In this document: one piece after another, positions 31,196-38,227 of the stretch
Numbering within the stretch: position 1 is the first letter of the stretch
How the letters are laid out: each line of letters starts with the position of its first letter
IMG/VR virus record: IMGVR_UViG_3300020179_000002
Coordinates: 1 to 56,560 of that record
Source of the DNA: a virus
Taxonomy: Duplodnaviria > Caudoviricetes
DNA: 56,560 bases
Direction: 5' to 3' (one strand)
Position numbers and translations under genes: made by a program
The notes under the pieces: generated by a model
Told to the model about the DNA's origin: nothing
Database searches by the model: none
The model's input: the letters and a program-made list of their open reading frames with translations, nothing else

Positions 31196-32616
31196 TGCAC
31201 GTCCGGGCCATCTACGGTCCTCCTGGCACCGGTAAGACCACGGAGTTGCTGCGGTTAGTGCAGCACACACGCGAGACCGGTGTCCAGGCCGAGCGGATAG
31301 CGTTTCTATCGTTCACTCGTGCAGCGGCGAGCGAAGCGTTATCCAGGCTCGGTCTGAAGCGGTCCGATAACGTATCGACGATTCACGCGATGGCGTTTCG
31401 CTCCCTAGGGTTGAAGCAAGCTCAGGTGGTGGACCATATCAAGCTGCGTGAGTTCTCCAAAGTCACCGGCATTCCGATCGTCGGCAAGTCCCCCGAGGAC
31501 GATGAAGAGCGCACCGACGGGGACGCTTACTTTGATCTTCTTAACTATGCACGAAACACCTTCAGTCACCCCTCCGAAATCTACGAGATTTCGGATCGTC
31601 CGGGCACTCGTGCAGAATACGAGATGTTCGTCTCCGCGTACGCTAACTGGAAGAAGACCTACGGTTATTACGATTTCACCGATATGCTTGAGCGAGCCAG
31701 TTCGGGAGTTATTCGACAAGGGATTGAGGTCCTTTTCGTCGACGAGGCACAAGACCTTTCACCTTTGCAGTGGCGTGTTATTGAGCGGCTCGCAAAACGC
31801 GCACATCAGGTCTTTGTCGCGGGGGATGATGACCAAGCAATATATGCTTGGTCGGGCGCTGATCCACACGGTATGGCAAAATTCTGCTCGAAGCATAAGG
31901 GTGATAGCGTTGTGCTCTCGCTCTCGCATCGACTTCCTGTTGCAGTGCACCAAAAGTCCCAGTCCCTCATTCGTCGAGTCCTTTTCCGCGTGGATAAGAA
32001 GTTCGATTCTTGTGGACGCTCAGGCACAGTACGGAACCATGGGTCAATGGCGTCGGTTGATGTTGAACATGGCGAGGATACGCTGGTTTTGGCACGGACG
32101 CATTCAATTATGCGCGAGGCTGAAAACGCGCTTATCGACCGCCGCATCCCCTATGTTCGCGAATCGGGCCGTCCGGGAATGTTCCAGAATCGGTACGCCG
32201 TTGGCCTTCGATCCTACAACAAGATTCGTAACGGAAAACGTCTATCAGACTCTGATCGATCGGCTCTCTTTGCAGTGGGATCAAGGGAGACAAAGGCAGC
32301 GCTTGAAAGAAACGATTACATGGCAGTCGTGGCATCCCCCTTCTATATCGCGATCGAAATGCCACACCGCGTTATCGATTACTACCAGGAGGTCGACATC
32401 GATGTGGAGCCGACTATACGACTCTCCACTATTCACGCAGCTAAGGGCCATGAGGCGAATCGCGTCATTGTACTTACGGATATGACGAACCGCGTGGCGG
32501 ATAATGCGCACACTAAGCCCGACGATGAGATCCGGGTGTGGTACGTGGCGTTGACGCGCAGCAAAGACGTGTTAGATATCGTGGAGGGCTACAATGGCTA
32601 TAACCTAGATAATTGA
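31195..32616 (+). CDS. UvrD/Rep-like SF1 helicase
   Basis: GPPGTGKT, STIH, DEAQD, GDDDQAIY, STIHAAKGHE and YVALTR motifs. Confidence 0.92.
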   Translation: MHVRAIYGPPGTGKTTELLRLVQHTRETGVQAERIAFLSFTRAAASEALSRLGLKRSDNVSTIHAMAFRSLGLKQAQVVDHIKLREFSKVTGIPIVGKSPEDDEERTDGDAYFDLLNYARNTFSHPSEIYEISDRPGTRAEYEMFVSAYANWKKTYGYYDFTDMLERASSGVIRQGIEVLFVDEAQDLSPLQWRVIERLAKRAHQVFVAGDDDQAIYAWSGADPHGMAKFCSKHKGDSVVLSLSHRLPVAVHQKSQSLIRRVLFRVDKKFDSCGRSGTVRNHGSMASVDVEHGEDTLVLARTHSIMREAENALIDRRIPYVRESGRPGMFQNRYAVGLRSYNKIRNGKRLSDSDRSALFAVGSRETKAALERNDYMAVVASPFYIAIEMPHRVIDYYQEVDIDVEPTIRLSTIHAAKGHEANRVIVLTDMTNRVADNAHTKPDDEIRVWYVALTRSKDVLDIVEGYNGYNLDN

Positions 32617-32641
32617 CAGATAATCCCACGAGTGATATAAT
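32613..32641 (+). promoter_or_regulatory. Consensus sigma70 promoter driving the polymerase/Z operon
   Basis: TTGACA-N17-TATAAT with TG extension. Confidence 0.85.
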
Positions 32642-32668
32642 AGACCCTTCACCACCATAGAGGACTTA

Positions 32669-32944
32669 ATGAAACAGTACGACAACACCAATTCCGGTCT
32701 GCTGATGCGGAATGAAAATCGGACCACAGACTCGCACCCCGAGTTCACTGGATCGCTCAACGTTGAAGGTCGCGACTTCTGGGTCTCGGCCTGGGTCAAC
32801 ACTGGCAGACCCGGGTCCAAGATCGAGGGGAAGCGCTACTTCTCGATTAAAGTCACGCCGAAGGACGCTTCGAACCGTGCCAACACGGGTCGCAAGAACG
32901 CGGCGACGGATTTCGACGATATAGACGACGATATCCCATTTTGA
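32669..32944 (+). CDS. Small SSB-like protein (DUF736-like)
   Basis: HPEFTGSLNVEG...W; C-terminal DDDIPF SSB tail. Confidence 0.65.
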   Translation: MKQYDNTNSGLLMRNENRTTDSHPEFTGSLNVEGRDFWVSAWVNTGRPGSKIEGKRYFSIKVTPKDASNRANTGRKNAATDFDDIDDDIPF

Positions 32945-34782
32945 TGAACATCCCACGCATTGACGGCCAAATCCCCTACTTGGTGGTGGACACCGAAACC
33001 ACCGGCCTGAAGTGGTGGGAGGATGAGGTATTCGGAGTCTCGATCGCACTTCCCGACGGCACCGCCGGGTACTGGGATGTACGGGCGACGCCGAAGATCC
33101 TGAATTGGTTAAGCGACCTTATCGCCGAAGATCGGGTCGGGGTGTGGGTCGGGCATAATTTCAAGTTCGACCTGCACTTCCTGCGTGAAGCTCGGGTGAG
33201 AATTCCGACCGACCGGATCGATTGCACGATGATTCGGGCGGCGCTAATCAACGAGCATGAACCGACCTACGGGCTGGATTTCTTGGCGCGGAAATACGTT
33301 GGGGCGCAGAAGGACACGGAGATCTACGATGAACTGGCAAAGATATTTGGGGGTCGTGCTACACGCAACGCGCAGATGCCGAACATTTCACGCGCTCCTC
33401 AAGAGGTCGTGGCGCGGTATGCAATCCAGGACGCGGTAGTCACGCGAAAGCTTTATTTGTGGCAGCGCGACGAGATCGAGAAGCAGAACTTGCATCGAGT
33501 CCATAATCTCGAGCGCGAACTAATGCCCGTCATTATCGACATGGAGACCGAGGGTGTGCGGGTCGACGTCGATATGGCCGAGAGAGCCTCCCGACACCTC
33601 ACGAAGCGCATCAACGACATGCAGCGGGACTTGAATACGGAGGCCGGGTTCGAGATCAACCCGAACCCCTCCGGATCGATCGCGGAGCTATTCAAGCCGA
33701 CCCTAGGGGAAGACAATGAGTGGTACCTGATCGACGGGACCCGGGCAGGGAAGACTGATGGCGGAAAGGCATCAATCGACGCCGATTGCTTGCGTCGTAT
33801 GAAGCACCCAGCGGCGAGCATGATCCTCGATCTCCGCAAAATGCTCAAGACCCGCGACACTTTCATTCAGGGCCATATCCTCGGACACCAGCAGGACGGG
33901 GTGATACACTGCAACTACAACCAGACCAAGAACGATGCGGAGGCTGGGACCGGCACCGGGCGGCTCTCGATCACGAATCCAGCGCTGCAGCAAATCCCGT
34001 CGCGGGACGTATCGATCAAATCGCTCGTGCGCCCGATCTTCAAGGCGGACCACGGCGCGAAATGGCTTGGGCTCGACTGGTCGCAGTTCGAATTCCGGGT
34101 GGCGAATCACTACGGGCAGGTGCCGTCGATCCTGGAAGCTTACCGGGCGAATCCGAATTTGGATTTCCACCAGTTGGTGTCCGACATGACCGGTATTCCC
34201 CGGAACGCGCAGTACGCCGGGGGTCCCTCCTCGAAGGCGATTAATCTCGGGCTTGCTTTTAATATGGGCTCCGGGCGACTGGCCCAAGAGTGTGGACTCC
34301 CCTACACCGAGGAGACGGGGCCGAACGGGAACGCGTACCTGAAGGCGGGACCCGAGGCGATGGAGCTTTTCGAGCGATACCACGCCGCGAACCCCGGGAT
34401 GCGGAACATGGCGAGCAAGGCGAGTTCGATCGCCAAAGAGCGCGGGTTTGTGCACTCGATCATGGGGCGGCATATCCGATTTCCGGGTGGGCAATTCGTC
34501 CACAAGGCGTCGGGACTGATTTACCAAGCGACGTCGGCCGATTGCATGAAGATGAAGCTCATTGAACTGCACCGCTACTTAACCGGTCACGGGGTGGGGC
34601 GGCTGCTGTTGTCCGTGCACGACGAGGTCGGGATCTCGCTCGATAAGGATTCGCTGAATCACGCCGAGAAGATCGCGCAGATTTACACTACGTTTAACGG
34701 TATCGATTGCCCGATCAAGCTCCGGGTACCGATTACCTGTGATTGGGGCTTGGGTGAAGACTGGTACGAGGCAAAAGGATGA
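32944..34782 (+). CDS. dpoZ: Family A DNA polymerase with 3'-5' exonuclease, DpoZ-like
   Basis: DTETTG exo I, DWSQFEFR motif A, KAINLGLAFNMG motif B (L/F in place of canonical F/Y), VHDE motif C; overlaps purZ. Confidence 0.85.
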   Translation: MNIPRIDGQIPYLVVDTETTGLKWWEDEVFGVSIALPDGTAGYWDVRATPKILNWLSDLIAEDRVGVWVGHNFKFDLHFLREARVRIPTDRIDCTMIRAALINEHEPTYGLDFLARKYVGAQKDTEIYDELAKIFGGRATRNAQMPNISRAPQEVVARYAIQDAVVTRKLYLWQRDEIEKQNLHRVHNLERELMPVIIDMETEGVRVDVDMAERASRHLTKRINDMQRDLNTEAGFEINPNPSGSIAELFKPTLGEDNEWYLIDGTRAGKTDGGKASIDADCLRRMKHPAASMILDLRKMLKTRDTFIQGHILGHQQDGVIHCNYNQTKNDAEAGTGTGRLSITNPALQQIPSRDVSIKSLVRPIFKADHGAKWLGLDWSQFEFRVANHYGQVPSILEAYRANPNLDFHQLVSDMTGIPRNAQYAGGPSSKAINLGLAFNMGSGRLAQECGLPYTEETGPNGNAYLKAGPEAMELFERYHAANPGMRNMASKASSIAKERGFVHSIMGRHIRFPGGQFVHKASGLIYQATSADCMKMKLIELHRYLTGHGVGRLLLSVHDEVGISLDKDSLNHAEKIAQIYTTFNGIDCPIKLRVPITCDWGLGEDWYEAKG

Positions 34783-35894
34783 AGAAAATCGATTTGGTCA
34801 TTGACCTTCAATTCGGTAGCACAGGTAAGGGGTTGATAGTTGGCACCCTCGCCACCTACGAGGGCTACGACACGGTGATTACCGCGTGGGCACCCAACGC
34901 GGGGCATACGTTCATTGATGCCCGAGGGCGAAAGTTCGTACATACGCATCTGGCCAACGGCATTGTAGCCCCCTACCTTCGTAGGGTACTGTTGGGTCCA
35001 GGCTCGGTCATCAATCCGGCGCAGCTCCTGGCCGAGATCGAGCAGTGCAAGGATATAATCGAGGCAAAGCAGATCAAGATCATGATTCACCCGCATGCAG
35101 CGGTGGTGACTGACGAGCACTTGGAAGAGGAGGCGCAAAGCATGACGGCGATCGGCTCGACCAAGAAGGGCGTGGGCGCGGCGATGATCTCCCGAATCCG
35201 TCGGCAGCCGAACAAACCGGCCGTCGCGAAGGATTTCTTGGAACTCGTAAATCTGGTGTGCACCACCGAGCAGTACACGCGAGCGATCCACGATTCGACC
35301 CATATCCTAATCGAGGGTGCACAGGGTGTGGGGCTTTCCATGTACCACGGCTTTTACCCCTACACCACCTCGCGGGACGTCAGCACCTTCCAGATCCTGG
35401 CCGATTGTGGAATCCCGGCGGCGATCTTCAATCAGGCCTCCTGTCGTGTGGTTGGCACCGCGCGGACCTACCCGATCCGGGTGGCCAATCGATTCGATTC
35501 GGAAGGGCGACAGGTGGGCTTCAGTGGGCCGGGACACCTGGACCAGACCGAGATTTCGTTCGAGCAGATCGGCCAGCCGACCGAACTCACCACGGTGACC
35601 AAGCTCCCCAGGCGCATTTTTACATTCAGTCGCCAGCAGATCCTCGAGGCGATCGACCTTTCGGGCGCGAGTGAAGTGTTCCTGAACTTCGCGAATTATG
35701 TGCAGGACGAACAGTACCTGTTATCGATCGTGAACGCGATCGAGGAGACCGGGGCTCGAATTAAATGGCTGGGTCTAGGTCCAGATATTCACTCGGTGGT
35801 GTTAATGTCCGAAGGTGATAACTACACGGCGCGGCGCAAAGAGATCGTGTCGAAATGGCAGCGTTACCGATTACGCAACAAAGCAGGAGCTTAA
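34779..35894 (+). CDS. purZ: N6-succino-2-amino-dAMP synthetase PurZ
   Basis: PurA-family motifs (NAGHT, EGAQG, YPYTTSR) with PurZ signatures GSTGKG (S for PurA D), TTVTKLPRR and NFAN in place of TKLD. Confidence 0.95.
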   Translation: MKKIDLVIDLQFGSTGKGLIVGTLATYEGYDTVITAWAPNAGHTFIDARGRKFVHTHLANGIVAPYLRRVLLGPGSVINPAQLLAEIEQCKDIIEAKQIKIMIHPHAAVVTDEHLEEEAQSMTAIGSTKKGVGAAMISRIRRQPNKPAVAKDFLELVNLVCTTEQYTRAIHDSTHILIEGAQGVGLSMYHGFYPYTTSRDVSTFQILADCGIPAAIFNQASCRVVGTARTYPIRVANRFDSEGRQVGFSGPGHLDQTEISFEQIGQPTELTTVTKLPRRIFTFSRQQILEAIDLSGASEVFLNFANYVQDEQYLLSIVNAIEETGARIKWLGLGPDIHSVVLMSEGDNYTARRKEIVSKWQRYRLRNKAGA

Positions 35895-35897
35895 CTC

Positions 35898-36416
35898 ATG
35901 GCGAATGAATTTATAATGAACTCGTTACTTCATACCAACGAGCAAAACCCCCTCCCCTGGTCCACTCACCCAGATAACGACTCGGTGGTGGTAGATGCCA
36001 ACGGCGCGGCGGTCGCGAACTTCGAGGTGAGGCACCAACACAAGGGGGTACTCGCGAATTGCGAGAAGAATGCAGACTTGGCTGTGCGATCCGTTAACGC
36101 ATTCGCCAAGCGCGGAGGGGCAGATATCCGGCGGCTGCAGCACGTGGTGACCACTTGGGCGGACGAGGTGTTCCCGAATAGACAGACACCTGACATTCTG
36201 CTTAAGCTCTACGAGGAGGTGGGTGAGTACGCCCGTAACCCGAAGGCTGCGGCAGAATTTGCCGATATAATGATTTTGCTGCTCGATCTAGCGGCGATTA
36301 ACGGTATCGATATTCAAAAGGCAGTAACCGAAAAAATGGTAATCAATGTCGGACGTACTTGGGCCGTGGACTCTCAAACCCGTATTATGAGGCATACACA
36401 TGATGAAAAACCGTAA
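35898..36416 (+). CDS. mazZ: MazG-like (d)GTP/dATP diphosphohydrolase MazZ (DUF550-like) with an N-terminal extension
   Basis: WADEVFP...KLYEEVGE...EFADIMILLLD...KMVINVGRTW; directly after purZ. Confidence 0.85.
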   Translation: MANEFIMNSLLHTNEQNPLPWSTHPDNDSVVVDANGAAVANFEVRHQHKGVLANCEKNADLAVRSVNAFAKRGGADIRRLQHVVTTWADEVFPNRQTPDILLKLYEEVGEYARNPKAAAEFADIMILLLDLAAINGIDIQKAVTEKMVINVGRTWAVDSQTRIMRHTHDEKP

Positions 36417-36615
36417 TGAAGTATTCGAGATTTGGTATACTCGCCGATTCGGCGAATTATTAGGTGAACAGGACTCGCACACCAGAGAGTTCGTGCGAGA
36501 GATATGGAATCAGGCGCTCAGTCGTGCCGTGGACCACTTCGAGTTCGAGAACTTCGAACCACTTGAAAGTGGGCAGATCATCGACCGACTCGAGCGCCTT
36601 AAAGCGATAAGGTGA
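36400..36615 (+). CDS. Hypothetical protein inside the Z cassette
   Basis: 71 aa overlapping both mazZ and datZ. Confidence 0.7.
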   Translation: MMKNRNEVFEIWYTRRFGELLGEQDSHTREFVREIWNQALSRAVDHFEFENFEPLESGQIIDRLERLKAIR

Positions 36616-37169
36616 CCAGGATGGGTCTTTCTCTAGCTGAACAACTCCGTGCTTCGCACGTCAAACGGTGGCAGATCGTCAACGTCTCGCGCACTCAGAA
36701 TCTTGCGGAGCATCATTTTAACGTCACCCTCATCGTCGGTCAACTCGCTCGACACTGCAGGGACAAGCAGCTGCTCGATCCCCAGTACGCGTTGAGGCTC
36801 ATGCACTGGTCGCTCTCGCACGATATGGTCGAGGTTCGCACAGGGGACACCCCTACGCCCTACAAGCGGGTGCTGAAGCAGGTGGGTGGATTGGACATCA
36901 TCGACAATTCCGAGGAGGTCGTGGACCCGGGGTACATCGCCGACAAGCGTCGGATCGCTGGGACGCCGATCGAAATGTACGTGGAGATCGCGGACTTGAT
37001 CGAGGCGATTTGGTTCCTGCATGACCACGGGATCGGGCAGAACGCACTCAAAGTTCAATCGGGTCTTGAGGCGTCGCTCGACCGCTGTGTGCAGAAGTGG
37101 CATGGGGTTTTCGAGGAATTAGATATTGATTTCGCGGTGCGCTGCGTGAGCGAGGAGATCGGAATATGA
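36612..37169 (+). CDS. datZ: HD-domain dATP triphosphohydrolase DatZ
   Basis: HVKRW...NLAEH...HDMVEVRTGDTPTP...ADLIEA, a YfbR/DatZ-type HD motif set in the purZ operon. Confidence 0.9.
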   Translation: MTRMGLSLAEQLRASHVKRWQIVNVSRTQNLAEHHFNVTLIVGQLARHCRDKQLLDPQYALRLMHWSLSHDMVEVRTGDTPTPYKRVLKQVGGLDIIDNSEEVVDPGYIADKRRIAGTPIEMYVEIADLIEAIWFLHDHGIGQNALKVQSGLEASLDRCVQKWHGVFEELDIDFAVRCVSEEIGI

Positions 37170-37366
37170 AATGCGTAAAATGTGGCGGTATCACCCAGGT
37201 CACGACCGTGTACCAAAACGCGGATGGTGGAACGCGTCGTCGCAGGGCATGCACGGTCTGCCAATTCCGGTTCACCACTCGCGAGTACCCGTCGATTACG
37301 GATCCGAAGCTCAAAGAGTACTACTTGGAGACGGATGTTGACACGGATACCCCGCCCGTGGTATAA
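37166..37366 (+). CDS. NrdR-like Zn-ribbon protein (no ATP cone)
   Basis: MKCVKC...RRRRACTVCQFRFTTRE matches the NrdR N-terminal pattern. Confidence 0.8.
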   Translation: MKCVKCGGITQVTTVYQNADGGTRRRRACTVCQFRFTTREYPSITDPKLKEYYLETDVDTDTPPVV

Positions 37367-37367
37367 T
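37338..37367 (+). promoter_or_regulatory. Sigma70 promoter for the deacetylase operon
   Basis: TTGACA-N18-TATAAT with TG extension. Confidence 0.75.
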
Positions 37368-37396
37368 TAGGGTCTTAACACACATAGAGGAACTTA

Positions 37397-38227
37397 ATGA
37401 CCCCGATTTTTTACAATCTCCGCCAGTCCTGCGACTTCGACTTTCCGTCTTATCGCAAGATCCCGATGTTCGTGCGACAGGCCGCGCGACCACTGCTCAC
37501 CGATTTTGAACCGTTGAAGAACGTCGAGATAATCGCCGCGCATTCAATTAAGTACGTGGTGAATGTGTTCTCGGGCAAGACCCCCAATGGATTCGGAAAT
37601 ACCGACCCGGTGCTTAACGAGACACTCAGGTACACGAATGCGAACTTCGTGGCTGCGACCCGGCACGTCAGCGAAAAGAAAGCGGAGGTTGCATGCTCAG
37701 CGACCCAGGGCTTCCACCATGCGGGGTTCGACTCCGGGGGCGGGTATTGCACATTCAACGGGTTGATGATCGCGGCGCTCGGCAGCGAAGCGATCAGACC
37801 GGCGCTAATCTTCGACGGTGATGGCCACTACGGGGATGGGACGGACGATGTCATTGGGGCGCTGGCCACGCACGACCGAGTGCGGCACGTGACGAATCTA
37901 GATATGCGATCGTTCGTCTCGCGCTACAAGCCAAACGCTCATGATTGGGAAGTGTGGGCCTCCGGCTTGATTTCGTCGTCGAAGCCTAGTATAATAATGT
38001 ACCAAGCCGGTGCTGATGCATGGATCGAGGACCCTTATGGTGCTGGGTACCTCACTCTTGAGGGTCTGCGAAATCGTGACCTCGGGATCTTTCGCGCAGC
38101 CAGGAAGTCTAAGATCCCTCTCGTGTGGAATCTCGCCGGTGGATACTGCAAAGATGTTCAGCGCACGGTAGACGTGCATATTCAGACACTCAGAGCCAGC
38201 GACGAGGTGTATTATGGCGGGACCTAG
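37397..38227 (+). CDS. Zn-dependent histone-deacetylase-family amidohydrolase
   Basis: GFHHA, GYCTFN, DGDGHYGDGT, QAGADAWIEDP and LAGGY; the catalytic and metal motifs are all present. Confidence 0.9.
   Translation: MTPIFYNLRQSCDFDFPSYRKIPMFVRQAARPLLTDFEPLKNVEIIAAHSIKYVVNVFSGKTPNGFGNTDPVLNETLRYTNANFVAATRHVSEKKAEVACSATQGFHHAGFDSGGGYCTFNGLMIAALGSEAIRPALIFDGDGHYGDGTDDVIGALATHDRVRHVTNLDMRSFVSRYKPNAHDWEVWASGLISSSKPSIIMYQAGADAWIEDPYGAGYLTLEGLRNRDLGIFRAARKSKIPLVWNLAGGYCKDVQRTVDVHIQTLRASDEVYYGGT

Noticed and set aside
31448-32485. 345-aa alternative-frame ORF inside the UvrD-like gene
   Set aside because: Ser/Arg-rich with no motif or RBS, typical of a shadow frame
34779-35894. Ordinary purA auxiliary metabolic gene
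   Set aside because: The catalytic Asp is replaced by Ser, the TKLD GTP motif is absent, and it is flanked by mazZ and datZ
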